DNA of 64,000 nucleotides, taken from assembly GCA_039805545.1 (NCBI GenBank), contig JBDLUA010000007.1:1252-65251 (forward strand), written 5' to 3'. The notes under the pieces are model-generated. The model did not search any database, was not told the origin of the DNA, and saw only the letters and a list, made by a program, of their open reading frames with translations. The stretch comes from Candidatus Parcubacteria bacterium (GTDB taxonomy: Bacteria; Patescibacteriota; Minisyncoccia; Phycocordibacterales; JAACPR01). Of the stretch, positions 39,401-48,971 are shown in pieces (the stretch's first letter is position 1; each line of letters starts with the position of its first letter). A program made the position numbers and the translations under genes.

Positions 39401-39892
39401 GATGAAAGTATTCTTGTTGGAATGAAAGAAGTGCGAGATGTTGTAACTAAAGCACTTGAAGTTCGAGCTAAGGAAGCAATTAAGGTTCGACAGCCAATTC
39501 AAACTCTTGAAGTTAAAATTGCACTTGCTGATGAGTATAAAGATATTATTAAGGACGAAGTGAATGTAAAAGATATTGAGTTTAATGCACAACTTGAAAC
39601 TGATGTGTGGCTTGATACTACAATTACTCCAGAACTCAAAGAAGAGGGAGATGCACGAGAACTAATTCGAGCATTACAAGATCTTCGAAAGTCATCAGAA
39701 CTCTCTCCAGAAGATACAATCGTAGTACATCTTGCATGTTCAAGTGAATTCAAAACTATTGTAGAAAAATATTCTGACTTGATTCAATCAGTAACTCGAA
39801 CTCAAGAAATTATTTTTGAAAGTGAGTTACCTAGTGAGGAGATTGTATTGAATGAGTTTAAGGTGAAGGTGGTGGTGAGGAAGGTGGGGTAG
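36407..39892 (+). CDS. ileS: Isoleucyl-tRNA synthetase with an inserted histidine-phosphatase (PGAM-like) domain
   Basis: HYGH (HIGH), editing domain, and KMAKS (KMSKS). About 190 aa between PIWKSEDRK and DFHRPYIDEITF carry the RHGE, SPLMRAQETA and ISHE motifs of the histidine phosphatase superfamily. Total length is 1161 aa. Confidence 0.9.
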   Translation: MSDTSNNEPNLSAVAQKEKEILEFWNTNQIFKKSLEKDSPKGEFTFYDGPPFATGLPHYGHILAGTMKDVIPRYKTMLGYHVRRQWGWDCHGLPIEKMIQSEHNLTTKKDIEEFGIKKFNQAAKASVFKYDKEWKHTVPLTGRFVDMDTSYTTMDPSFTKSVWWGFGEIYKKGLVYESFKVMHVSPLLETTLSNFEVNQGYRDITDISATVKFELVDEPNTFVLAWTTTPWTLPGNVALAVGNEVIYVKLKFEDSFYILAKDLVEKNFKEKQIEISEEYLGSELVGKSYKPVFEYYVKDKSLTNYENGWKMYPADFVTTTDGTGIVHIAPAFGEDDLNLGKQFNLPFVQHVKMNGEIKEEVTDLAGRQAKPKHDPQETDIEVIKLLAHRGTLFAKEKYTHSYPHCWRTDAPLLNFATSSWFIKVTDLKDQLIKNNNTIKWVPEAVGTGRFGNWLKEAKDWAISRSRFWGTPIPIWKSEDRKDVEVLSSLEHIKEKTKSTNTYLVLRHGEAEHNISKTTSDTNEVPSHLTQKGKEHISQVAQTLKNKKIDFIFVSPLMRAQETAEIVKEWCGLNSDQIITDERLKEVQTGFNGKSNDEYKNFFKNLEDRYEHKHELGESLLDIKKRVGDFIYDIDSKYSNKNILIISHEYPIWMLMSVKDGLNKTQTLALKEMEREFVKTGDVEELDFAKIPHDDNFELDFHRPYIDEITFVQNGKTFRRIEDVFDGWIDSGAMPFASAGYPYSKNVFKPGNFFFKDKGFPADFIAEGLDQTRGWFYTLLVWSTALFGKAPFKHVIVNGLVLAEDGKKMAKSLRNYPAVEDVLYKYGADALRYYLMSSTAVKADDLRFSEKGVDESMKKIVMRLDNVITFYEMYKDDSVVPSNSSSHILDKWIIARLAQTTSEITKALEGYELDKASRPLMDFVDDLSTWYLRRSRDRLKSDGEDKNLALATLRYSLREFAKVMAPIMPFKAEDTYLRTREMNEVESVHLCAWPTNNSFDESILVGMKEVRDVVTKALEVRAKEAIKVRQPIQTLEVKIALADEYKDIIKDEVNVKDIEFNAQLETDVWLDTTITPELKEEGDARELIRALQDLRKSSELSPEDTIVVHLACSSEFKTIVEKYSDLIQSVTRTQEIIFESELPSEEIVLNEFKVKVVVRKVG

Positions 39893-39917
39893 AGTAAAAA
39901 TAAAATTATAAAAAGAA

Positions 39918-39950
39918 GAACGGCGCGGACCAGGGGTCCGCGCCGTTTTA
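39918..39950. terminator. Bidirectional intrinsic terminator CGGCGCGGACCaggGGTCCGCGCCG
   Basis: GC hairpin between convergent ileS and the 39965 minus-strand gene. Confidence 0.7.
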
Positions 39951-39964
39951 TGAAAGAATCAGAA

Positions 39965-40579
39965 TCAGAGAAGTCTGTGATGCATTTCCTCAATCAATCT
40001 GCGAATTCTCCATTCGAGGTCCCCACCTGCAGTAAGATCAGTCTTAGGTGGTAACACAATCCAGTTCGGTGGAATATGTTTTCCTTCGCGGTTCATATTT
40101 TTTCTTGTGAATTTTCCTAAGACAAATATTCCAGCAAAGTTGTCTTTAGGATTACCCAGACTCTCTGCTAGGTACAGATCTGTCGTAAGTACAATATCGG
40201 GACTTCTTCTTGGATTTTCGATCAGATTGATTAGTCCTATTTCACGAAGAGAAATCGCGATATCTGCAAATTTCGAGTAATCAGGATCAAATTGACTGTA
40301 TAGATTGCCACAGTAGAGGTTTGCAGGACGATACCGTAAGGTTCTCAAGCGACACTGCAAGAGTCCGCCGTGTTTTTCCCAAAAGCGGCATGTTTCCTTT
40401 GAAATGTCGCGTGGTTGATTCACTGCTAATGGACCAGTCAATGTGAGCAATTGAGCGAGTGTAGCTCTGTCTTCCGGACTGCATGTTGGTCCACCATCTT
40501 CGATATTGTGTTTTCCAGGAGTGTTCATTTCTGTGGTTTCCTTCTTTTGTTTATTTTGAATAGGAGCAGTTAGGCTCAA
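39965..40579 (-). CDS. Hypothetical protein, compositionally GC-rich relative to neighbours
   Basis: ORF only. No family confidently recognised. GC is clearly above the local background. Confidence 0.35.
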   Translation of the reverse strand: MSLTAPIQNKQKKETTEMNTPGKHNIEDGGPTCSPEDRATLAQLLTLTGPLAVNQPRDISKETCRFWEKHGGLLQCRLRTLRYRPANLYCGNLYSQFDPDYSKFADIAISLREIGLINLIENPRRSPDIVLTTDLYLAESLGNPKDNFAGIFVLGKFTRKNMNREGKHIPPNWIVLPPKTDLTAGGDLEWRIRRLIEEMHHRLL

Positions 40580-40646
40580 GACCTAGTTTTCTATCCATCG
40601 TTAAATTTACTCTCCGAACAATATTTGTCAATGATATACTAGATAT

Positions 40647-41234
40647 ATGTACTCCAAACTGAGCACACAAGCCATAATTTTAAAAACCGAAGATCAGGGG
40701 GAGAAGGATGTGTTTCTTTCGGTGTTTACACGTGAGTTTGGTTTTGTGTTTGCGAAGGCGACAGGCGTGAGGACGCAGTCCTCACGCCTTAGATTCGCTC
40801 TTCAACCCATGACTCTCTGTTTTGTTTCTCTCGTGCACGGTAAGACTGGTTGGATTTTGACTAACGCAACATTTCTTAAATCATATTATTTTGAATCTCT
40901 CAAACAAATTCAAAAACAAACTCTCACAAAAATTCTCCATCTTCTCGGTCGTCTCTATATTGGGGAAGAGGCCGATCCAGAACTTTTTGATTTTATCGAA
41001 CAAGAACTCAACCGAGCGATTGCAGATGATTTGGATGTTGATCAATTAAAACAATTAGAGATTTTTATTGTGTTTAGAATTCTCGAACAATTAGGATATA
41101 TCGAAAAGCACGCTACTGTGAAGCCGCTTTCAAACAAAACCTCATATACTCAAGAGATAGAGGAATATATACAAAAAAACAAAGAGCAAATCACACCTTT
41201 TATCAATGCTGCTATTAGAACAAGTGGGCTGTAA
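40647..41234 (+). CDS. recO: DNA repair protein RecO
   Basis: N-terminal OB-fold pattern (AIILKTEDQGEKDVFLSVFTREFG...KATGVRTQSSRL) typical of RecO. Confidence 0.7.
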   Translation: MYSKLSTQAIILKTEDQGEKDVFLSVFTREFGFVFAKATGVRTQSSRLRFALQPMTLCFVSLVHGKTGWILTNATFLKSYYFESLKQIQKQTLTKILHLLGRLYIGEEADPELFDFIEQELNRAIADDLDVDQLKQLEIFIVFRILEQLGYIEKHATVKPLSNKTSYTQEIEEYIQKNKEQITPFINAAIRTSGL

Positions 41235-41422
41235 TTAGCACGTCATCCCTGTTCTCAATTACGTCATCCTCGCGAAGGCGAGGATCCAGTCTGTATCAAA
41301 GAAATATAATTAGCAAAAGGCAAACCCTTTGGGTTTGCCTTTTGCAGTCCTGGATCCTCGCCTTCGCGAGGATGACGTACTAATGTTGCCCTCGAGCAAA
41401 TGTTAGGATGACATGCTAATTG
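41235..41422. repeat. MITE-like GC-rich hairpin repeat, copy 2 (composite, with internal terminator-like hairpin)
   Basis: TTAGCACGTCATCC...CGTCATCCTCGCGAAGGCGAGGATCCAG / AAAAGGCAAACCCtttGGGTTTGCCTTTTGC / CTGGATCCTCGCCTTCGCGAGGATGACGTACTAA, plus a partial extra end GGATGACATGCTAATTG. Confidence 0.6.
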
Positions 41423-43380
41423 CTTTTCTTCGCTACTTTACGACTCAATGTTATAATTCTTTTATGGAAAATTTTGAAAAACCTAATCGTATCGAAGAAC
41501 TCGAGAAAAAACTCTATTCTCAAAATCAACAAGTAACTCAAAAAGATCGAAAACCTCTTAGATCAAAAGAGTATGATGTTGCGCATGATTGGCAATCTGA
41601 TTCAGCTGATACTATAACTGATTCTGCGTTAGTTGTTGAAGAAAAAAAACCAAATTGGTTTTTTAGATTTTTTATAGTTGCACTTATATTTTTTATTGGT
41701 GCAGGTGCATACCTGGGTATAACTTGGTATCTTAATTCGGGTGTTGATGCATCTTCTGTTGATATTTTGGTGAATGCACCACTTACAATTGGTGCGGGTG
41801 AAGTATTAAATTTCGAAGTTACTGCACAAAACCAAAATCAAATTCCGATAACATATGTCGAAATGGATGTACAATACCCAGATGGTACTCGTTCATCGTC
41901 TGATATCGGACAAGACTTACGAACTACAACTGAGAAGGTGGATTCTCTTGCTATTGGAGAAATAATGAAACGGAATTACCAGAGTCTTTTGTTTGGTGAG
42001 GAAAGTGAAAAGAAAGAAATTACTATATTTTTAACATATCAAGCAGAAGGTTCTACAAAACTTTTTAAAAAAGAAAAAAAGTTTGATGTCGTTCTTTCGT
42101 CAACTCCCATTAGGCTTACGATTACTAATGTTAAAGAAACAACAGCAGGGCAGGATGTAGACTTTACTGTCGAGCTTGTCTCTAATTCGAGTCAAACACT
42201 TAAGAATGTAATCGTACAAGCAGTATATCCTTTTGGATTTTCATATAAAAGTTCAACACTTTCTCCTCAAGAAGACAAAAAAACTTGGATTATAGAATCA
42301 CTTAAACCTAAAGAAGCACTTACTTTTTCGGTTAAAGGAAAAATTGAAGGACAAAATAAAGACGATCGATATTTTAAATTTTTGGTAGGTTTACAAAAAC
42401 CAAATACAAATGAACCACAAGTGGTCTTTTCTTCAAAAGATACAACGATTGCAATAACAAGACCGTTTCTTGAATTGGATTTGAGTATTGATCAGGATAA
42501 TAATGATATCATTGTTGTTGACCCAGCAAAGACACAATCTTCGATGATTACATTTAAAAATAATAGCGAATTTCCTTTGCGAAATGCAATGATTACCCTT
42601 AAAATCTCAGGCTCTTCAATTGTTAAAAGTTCAGTAAGTGTTGCGGAGGGATTTTATCAATCTCTTACTGATACTATTTCTTGGGATTATACAACTGCAG
42701 AAGATCTTGTTTCTATACCAATTGGTACCACAGGACACGTATCTTTTTCTTTTAATAGTCTTACTTCTTCACTTCAACAAATTATTACAAATCCAGAAGT
42801 TCTCTTTACAATTAATGTTAAGGCAAATAGAAATCCTCAAAATCAAGTTGCTGATACAATTGAAAATTCAATTATTAAGAAAATTAGATTTAATACTCAA
42901 GTAACTTTAGATACACAAAGTAATCACTATACTTCGGTTTTTCAAAACTCAGGACCTGTTCCACCAAAGGCTGAGCAAAGGACTACTTACACGGGAACAA
43001 TCACTTTAAAAAATACAACCAATGCCATCTCAAACGGAACTGTTACTATGAAGATACCAAATTATGTTCAATATGAAGGAGCTTTTGCACCAGCAAGTGA
43101 GAGTGTCTCGTTTGATTCGACAAGTAGAATTTTGACATGGAATTTAGGTTCTGTTGCTGCAAAGACCGGATATCTTGGTATTGCTCCCCGACAGATACAT
43201 ATACAATTTGGTATTATTCCAAGTATAAGTCAGGTTGGAATGGCGCCGGTATTGGCAGAACATATTATATTTAACGGAACAGATACATTTACTAAGAGTG
43301 AAATAACTCAAGAAGGTGAGGATATCTCTACAGCAATTGAGGATTCACTCGAATATCGTGATGGGGATGTTTCAAGATAG
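41413..43380 (+). CDS. Large N-terminally membrane-anchored extracytoplasmic protein, unknown function
   Basis: TM helix near aa 85 (FFIVALIFFIGAGAYLGI). The rest is Ser/Thr-rich and beta-like. The ORF-track start overlaps the repeat, so the true start may be the ATG at 41464. Confidence 0.4.
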   Translation: MLIAFLRYFTTQCYNSFMENFEKPNRIEELEKKLYSQNQQVTQKDRKPLRSKEYDVAHDWQSDSADTITDSALVVEEKKPNWFFRFFIVALIFFIGAGAYLGITWYLNSGVDASSVDILVNAPLTIGAGEVLNFEVTAQNQNQIPITYVEMDVQYPDGTRSSSDIGQDLRTTTEKVDSLAIGEIMKRNYQSLLFGEESEKKEITIFLTYQAEGSTKLFKKEKKFDVVLSSTPIRLTITNVKETTAGQDVDFTVELVSNSSQTLKNVIVQAVYPFGFSYKSSTLSPQEDKKTWIIESLKPKEALTFSVKGKIEGQNKDDRYFKFLVGLQKPNTNEPQVVFSSKDTTIAITRPFLELDLSIDQDNNDIIVVDPAKTQSSMITFKNNSEFPLRNAMITLKISGSSIVKSSVSVAEGFYQSLTDTISWDYTTAEDLVSIPIGTTGHVSFSFNSLTSSLQQIITNPEVLFTINVKANRNPQNQVADTIENSIIKKIRFNTQVTLDTQSNHYTSVFQNSGPVPPKAEQRTTYTGTITLKNTTNAISNGTVTMKIPNYVQYEGAFAPASESVSFDSTSRILTWNLGSVAAKTGYLGIAPRQIHIQFGIIPSISQVGMAPVLAEHIIFNGTDTFTKSEITQEGEDISTAIEDSLEYRDGDVSR

Positions 43381-43421
43381 GGATGCTTTTAAAAATTAAA
43401 AAATAAGGTATTGTACAAGAT

Positions 43422-44774
43422 ATGAAATCAACAGAACATCAAGAACAAATGGAGAAGATTGTTTCTCTTTGTAAACGAAGAGGTTTTTTCTTTAAAGGAT
43501 CAGAAATCTACGGAGGATTTGCGGGGTTTTTTGACTATGGTCCACTTGGTGTAATGCTCAAAAAAAATGTTGAGAATATTTGGTGGAATATGTTTGTAGA
43601 GTCTCCAGAAGATATGTATGGAATTGATGCTGCTCTCGTAATGCATCCCCAAACATATCAAGCAAGTGGTCATGCAAAAAACTTTGCAGACCCTATGGTT
43701 GAAGATCTTAAGACAAATAGACGATATCGAGCTGACCATATTCTTGAAGAAAATGGAATTAGTGTTGTAGGACTTACTCCTGATCAGATGAATCAAATTA
43801 TTGTAGAAAAGGGGATTAAAAGTCCTGACGGAAATCCACTTGGAGAAGTGACACAATTTAATATGATGTTCCAAACTTTTGTTGGAGCAAATGCAGACTC
43901 AGAATCACGAACATTTCTTCGACCCGAGACTGCACAAGGTATTTTTACAAACTATAAGAATGTTCTTGATACGCTTCATCCAAAGCTTCCATTTGGAATT
44001 GGGCAAATTGGTAAATCATTTAGAAACGAAATTGCTCCACGAGATTTTCTATTTCGAGTTCGAGAATTTTCACAAATGGAAGTTGAATATTTTGTTGATC
44101 CAAAAGATTGGGAAAAATATTTTGAAAAATTTCAAAAGAAAGTATGGGATTTTATTTCTACTGTAGGAATTGATACAAAAAAAGTATCAGAACTCGAAGT
44201 TGCAGATGAAGATAGAGCTTTTTATTCAAAACGAACTATTGATTTTGAATTTGAATATCCATTTGGAAAAAAAGAATTATACGGTCTTGCATATCGAACT
44301 GATTATGACCTTAAAGGACATGGAGAAGTTTCAAAGGTAGACTTGTCGTATTTTGATGAAGAAACACGAGAGAGATTTATTCCGCATGTAATCGAACCAT
44401 CATTTGGTCTTGAGCGAACCATTCTTGCAATACTTTCAAGTGCATATAGCGAAGATGAAGTAAATGGTGAGACTCGAGTGTTTCTTAAATTAAATAAAGA
44501 TATCGCACCATATCAATGTGCTGTATTTCCACTTCTTAAAAACAAACCAGACCTCGTTGCAAAAGCAAAGGAAGTATATGATCTTTTAAAAAAGAAGGGA
44601 ATCAGAGTTATGTTTGATGATAATGGAAATATTGGGAAACGATATCGAAGACAAGATGAGATTGGAACTCCAGAATGTATCACTGTTGATTTTGATACTC
44701 TTGAGGATAATACTGTAACAGTCCGAGATAGAGATACTGGAGAGCAAAAGAGGGTGAAGATTGAGGAGTTATAA
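43422..44774 (+). CDS. glyQS: Glycyl-tRNA synthetase (alpha2 dimeric class II type)
   Basis: RRGFFFKGSEIYGG, class II motifs FRNEIAPRDFLFRVREF, and GLERT. Confidence 0.9.
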   Translation: MKSTEHQEQMEKIVSLCKRRGFFFKGSEIYGGFAGFFDYGPLGVMLKKNVENIWWNMFVESPEDMYGIDAALVMHPQTYQASGHAKNFADPMVEDLKTNRRYRADHILEENGISVVGLTPDQMNQIIVEKGIKSPDGNPLGEVTQFNMMFQTFVGANADSESRTFLRPETAQGIFTNYKNVLDTLHPKLPFGIGQIGKSFRNEIAPRDFLFRVREFSQMEVEYFVDPKDWEKYFEKFQKKVWDFISTVGIDTKKVSELEVADEDRAFYSKRTIDFEFEYPFGKKELYGLAYRTDYDLKGHGEVSKVDLSYFDEETRERFIPHVIEPSFGLERTILAILSSAYSEDEVNGETRVFLKLNKDIAPYQCAVFPLLKNKPDLVAKAKEVYDLLKKKGIRVMFDDNGNIGKRYRRQDEIGTPECITVDFDTLEDNTVTVRDRDTGEQKRVKIEEL

Positions 44775-44809
44775 AAAACAGAGGCCAGCGCGCAGCGCTG
44801 GCCTCTTCG

Positions 44810-45001
44810 TTATTCGAGAGCGAGTTCAATGATTGCGCCCCCGATGAAGAGAAAGACAGTTCCAAGTCCTCCAAAAATCTTGATGGAAGTTCCGGAGGTC
44901 TCAACGCCTATCTTTTTCTGCGTGTATTCGTTCCATGCGACAAACAGAAGAATGAGCGCAGTTAGAACGACGACGACACCAATCTTGATGAGAGCTGGCA
45001 T
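44810..45001 (-). CDS. Small two-TM membrane protein (tentative)
   Basis: 63-aa hydrophobic ORF. Could be spurious. Confidence 0.25.
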   Translation of the reverse strand: MPALIKIGVVVVLTALILLFVAWNEYTQKKIGVETSGTSIKIFGGLGTVFLFIGGAIIELALE

Positions 45002-45088
45002 GGCTTTGTGTCTGGATTCTATTTCAGAATAACTCCCATGATTTGTTTGTCAATTTACCTGTACACTAATTTATGTATAATACCCATC

Positions 45089-46360
45089 ATGAAATACAAA
45101 AAGACAGTACTTAAAAATGGCCTTAGAATAATTACTGTACCACTTACCGATAGTCAAAGTGCTATTGGTATGATTCTTGTTGAAACAGGCTCTGATTATG
45201 AATCTAAAGAGCAAAATGGTCTTTCGCATTTTCTCGAGCACATGGTGTTTAAGGAAACAACAAACCGAACGGGTGATCAAATCAAATTAGAAATTGATAG
45301 TATGGGGGCATCTTCAAATGCTTTTACTTCAAATGAATATACGGGCTATTATGCGAAGGCAAGTAAAGAAAAAATTTCAAAAATTATAGATTTTGTTTCT
45401 GACATGTATCTTAATCCAACTTTTCCTCAAAAAGATATTGATATTGAAAGAGGGGTAATTATTGAAGAGATAAATATGTATGAAGACGAACCACAAGAAG
45501 TGGTTTCAAATAAGTGGCAAGAACTTTTATATTCAGATATGTCTGCAGGCAGAACTATTATAGGTACAAAAGAAAATATCAGAGCGTTTACGAGAGAAGA
45601 CTTTATTTCATATCATGCAAAGCATTATGTTCCTGCAAAGACTGTAGTTGTAGTAGGTGGAGGTATTAATGAAAAAGAAGTGCTTACACAAATTAAAAAA
45701 ATATTTGGTTCACTCTCTACAAAAAAAGTGGTTACACGTTCAAAGACGAAATCCATTCAAACAAAACCACAACTTTCTCTTACAACAAAAAAGATAGATC
45801 AGGCACATCTTATTTTAGGTTTTAGATCTTTTGATATGTATAATCCAAAAAACTATGCACTCAAACTTGCAGCAGCTGTATTGGGGCAAGGGTTTAGTTC
45901 TCGATTATTTGGAAAAATGAGAGATGAACTTGGACTTTGCTATTATATCGGTGCAGGTGTGAGAACTTACACAGATAGAGGAGTCTTTCGAGTTCGTTCA
46001 GGCGTAACTTTGGATAGAATCGATGAAGCTATTACTGTACTTATGCAAGAGTTCAAAAAAATTCGTGACGAAAAAATTCCTGCTTCTGAATTACAAAAAG
46101 CAAAAGATATGCTTATTGGAAATTTTTCTATTGGACTTGAAACGTCAGAAGATGTTGCAGATTTTTTTGGATTTCAAGAACTGCTTCACGATGAAATTTT
46201 AAAACCAAATGATGTAATAAAGAAAATCAAAGCCGTCACCGCAGATGAAATACAAAAAGTGCTAAAGGAAATTATGAAAGAAAAGAATTTAAATCTTGCA
46301 CTTATCGGTCCTTTTGAAAAAGAAGATGAGAAGAGGTTCGAGAAGTTATTAAAAATTTAG
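45089..46360 (+). CDS. M16-family zinc peptidase (insulinase/pitrilysin-like)
   Basis: Inverted zinc motif HFLEHMVFKET...E. Start taken at MKYKKTVLKNG. Confidence 0.8.
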   Translation: MKYKKTVLKNGLRIITVPLTDSQSAIGMILVETGSDYESKEQNGLSHFLEHMVFKETTNRTGDQIKLEIDSMGASSNAFTSNEYTGYYAKASKEKISKIIDFVSDMYLNPTFPQKDIDIERGVIIEEINMYEDEPQEVVSNKWQELLYSDMSAGRTIIGTKENIRAFTREDFISYHAKHYVPAKTVVVVGGGINEKEVLTQIKKIFGSLSTKKVVTRSKTKSIQTKPQLSLTTKKIDQAHLILGFRSFDMYNPKNYALKLAAAVLGQGFSSRLFGKMRDELGLCYYIGAGVRTYTDRGVFRVRSGVTLDRIDEAITVLMQEFKKIRDEKIPASELQKAKDMLIGNFSIGLETSEDVADFFGFQELLHDEILKPNDVIKKIKAVTADEIQKVLKEIMKEKNLNLALIGPFEKEDEKRFEKLLKI

Positions 46361-46421
46361 TGAAGTTAAAGGGGTGGCCCCTGCGGGGCCACCCCTTTAA
46401 CTTGCATACTTTTGTGATACT

Positions 46422-47507
46422 ATGAACTGTATGAAAGACTCAAATCAACCAATATCTATTCATATTACAAGCGGAACAATTATTAAAGGAATCGTTATAT
46501 TACTTCTTGTGTATCTTGGATTTATTCTAAGAAATCTTTTGTTGGTGATTCTTACTTCTGTAGTAATCGCGTCAGCGGTTGAACCAATTACTAAGTGGTT
46601 TATGAAAAAACGAATTCCAAGATCTCTTGCTGTGGTAACTATTTATCTTGGAGTCTTTGTTGCAATTGCAGGTATTACAACAGTGGTAATACCTCCTCTT
46701 GCTGAAGATATAAGAGCAACTCTTATAACTCTTCCACAGTATGTTCAAGCAATTAGTCCTCAAGATTTAGAAAAAGTTCCAGGACTTTCTCTTATATTTA
46801 ATCAATTCACAAATTCACTGAGTTCTGGAGATTTAATTCAACAAGTAGGAGGGTACGCAGGCAAAGCTACATTTGGATTCTTTCAGACAGCAGGAACAAT
46901 CTTCGGTAGTTTGTTAAGTTTTGTGATGATTATCGTTATTTCATTTTATCTTGCAGTTCAAGATGATGGAGTTTCAAGTTTCTTGAGAGTTGTTACACCT
47001 ATTAAACATGAAAAATATATTATTGATTTGTGGAAGCGAGCACAAAAAAAGATTGGTCTATGGATGCAAGGACAACTTCTTCTTGGGGTAATCGTCGGAG
47101 TACTCACATACCTAGGATTGAGTATCCTTGGTGTTGAGAATGCGTTGCTTCTTGCTCTTATTGCAGCAGTATTTGAGCTTATTCCAATCTTCGGGCCAAT
47201 TCTTTCTGCAATTCCAGCAATTGGAATCGCTCTCATTCAAGATGGATTTTCTTTGGCTCTTATTACACTTGGGTTATATTTGATTATTCAACAATTTGAA
47301 AACCACCTAATTCACCCATTGGTAGTAAAGAAAATTGTAGGAATTCCTTCACTCCTTGCTATTTTGTCTTTGATTGTTGGGGCACAACTTGCAGGATTTC
47401 TTGGAATGATTATCGCTGTTCCGGTAGCTGCCGCTTTGATGGAGTATCTTTCTGATGTAGAAAAAGATAAAGTTGCAGAACTTGAAAAACTCAATCCAAA
47501 GGCGTAA
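46422..47507 (+). CDS. AI-2E family transporter (PerM/UPF0118)
   Basis: Eight predicted TM helices, with the LIPIFGPILSAIPAIGIALIQ signature region. Confidence 0.7.
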   Translation: MNCMKDSNQPISIHITSGTIIKGIVILLLVYLGFILRNLLLVILTSVVIASAVEPITKWFMKKRIPRSLAVVTIYLGVFVAIAGITTVVIPPLAEDIRATLITLPQYVQAISPQDLEKVPGLSLIFNQFTNSLSSGDLIQQVGGYAGKATFGFFQTAGTIFGSLLSFVMIIVISFYLAVQDDGVSSFLRVVTPIKHEKYIIDLWKRAQKKIGLWMQGQLLLGVIVGVLTYLGLSILGVENALLLALIAAVFELIPIFGPILSAIPAIGIALIQDGFSLALITLGLYLIIQQFENHLIHPLVVKKIVGIPSLLAILSLIVGAQLAGFLGMIIAVPVAAALMEYLSDVEKDKVAELEKLNPKA

Positions 47508-47518
47508 GGTTAAGAATT

Positions 47519-48967
47519 ATGAAAGAAAAAAAGAATTTTTATATCACAACCACATTGCCATATGTGAATGCAAAGCCACATATTGGATTTGCTATTGAAG
47601 TTATTCGAGCAGATGCTATTGCTCGATTCATGCGAAAGATGGGAAAAAATGTTTTTTTCAATACTGGAACAGATGAACATGGAGTAAAGATTTTTCTTAA
47701 GGCTCAAGAAGTGGGAATCACTGCGCAACAACTTGTAGATAAGAATGCAGAACTTTACAAAGAATTAATGCAAAAGCTTACTATCTCAAATGATGCATTT
47801 ATTCGAACGACAGACGAGGTTCATATTAAATCTGCACAAGCATTTTGGAATGTATGTAATGAAAAAGGATATATAGAAAAGAGAACATATTCAGGACTTT
47901 ATTGTCGGGGGTGTGAGTTATTTAAAACAGAAAGAGATTTGGTAGATGGAAAGTGTATAGATCATCCAACAACTCCACTTGAACAAATTTCAGAAGAAAA
48001 TTATTTCTTCCTTTATTCAAAGTTTGCACAAGACCTTTTAAATTTATATGAACAAAAAGATTTTGTTATTCCGGAATTTCGTTTGAATGAAATTAAAAAT
48101 CAAATTAAAGAAGGACTCGAAGACTTTAGTATCTCTCGAGTAAAAGAAAAAATGCAATGGGGGATTCCAGTTCCAGGCGATGATACTCAAGTGATGTATG
48201 TATGGTTTGATGCGCTTGTAAACTATATTTCTACTATTGGTTGGCCACACAATATGGAGCAATTTAATACATTCTGGAATCCAGAAGTTTCTACAATGGT
48301 TCAAATTTGTGGAAAGGACAATCTTCGACAACAAAGTGCAATGTGGCAGGCAATGCTTATTGCAGCAGGGCTTCCAGCAACATCTCACATTATTATTAAT
48401 GGATTTGTAACATTAAATGGTCAAAAGATTTCAAAAAGTCTTGGAAACACAATTGACCCGCTTGATGTGGTGAATGAGTTTGGTGTGGATGCGCTTCGAT
48501 ACTTCGCAATTCGAGAACTAAGCCCGTATGAAGATGGGGATTTTGATACGAATCGATTCAAAGAGGCGTACAATGCAAATCTTGCAAATGGTATTGGTAA
48601 CCTTACAAACCGAATTCTCAAAATGGCGCAAGACAATATTTCAAAGAGTGATGTTGTATTATCTGATACTGCCTTTCATCAAATCGGAGACTATGTAGAT
48701 GCAATGTATTCTTTGAATCTAAATTTTGCATCACATATTGCCTGGCATCATATTGCAGAACTTGATAAATACATTCAACAAACAGAACCATTCAAACTTG
48801 TAAAAACAAATCCAGAAGAAGGAAAAAAGATCATTGCAGAACTTGTTTCAAGACTTCATACAATTGCACATATGGTAGAACCATTTATCCCAACTGCCTC
48901 AAAACAAATATTTGATGCGATAGAGAAGTTTGAGAAGCCTGAAGTACCAGTGTTTAATCGGATATAA
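47519..48967 (+). CDS. metG: Methionyl-tRNA synthetase
   Basis: HIGH region PHIGFA, KISKS (KMSKS), and a Zn-knuckle CRGCELF. Confidence 0.9.
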   Translation: MKEKKNFYITTTLPYVNAKPHIGFAIEVIRADAIARFMRKMGKNVFFNTGTDEHGVKIFLKAQEVGITAQQLVDKNAELYKELMQKLTISNDAFIRTTDEVHIKSAQAFWNVCNEKGYIEKRTYSGLYCRGCELFKTERDLVDGKCIDHPTTPLEQISEENYFFLYSKFAQDLLNLYEQKDFVIPEFRLNEIKNQIKEGLEDFSISRVKEKMQWGIPVPGDDTQVMYVWFDALVNYISTIGWPHNMEQFNTFWNPEVSTMVQICGKDNLRQQSAMWQAMLIAAGLPATSHIIINGFVTLNGQKISKSLGNTIDPLDVVNEFGVDALRYFAIRELSPYEDGDFDTNRFKEAYNANLANGIGNLTNRILKMAQDNISKSDVVLSDTAFHQIGDYVDAMYSLNLNFASHIAWHHIAELDKYIQQTEPFKLVKTNPEEGKKIIAELVSRLHTIAHMVEPFIPTASKQIFDAIEKFEKPEVPVFNRI

Positions 48968-48971
48968 AAAT

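Noticed and set aside
44810-45001. Confident call of the 63-aa minus-strand ORF as a gene
   Set aside because: It is hydrophobic but short and in a region with a terminator on the plus strand. Retained only as a low-confidence feature.
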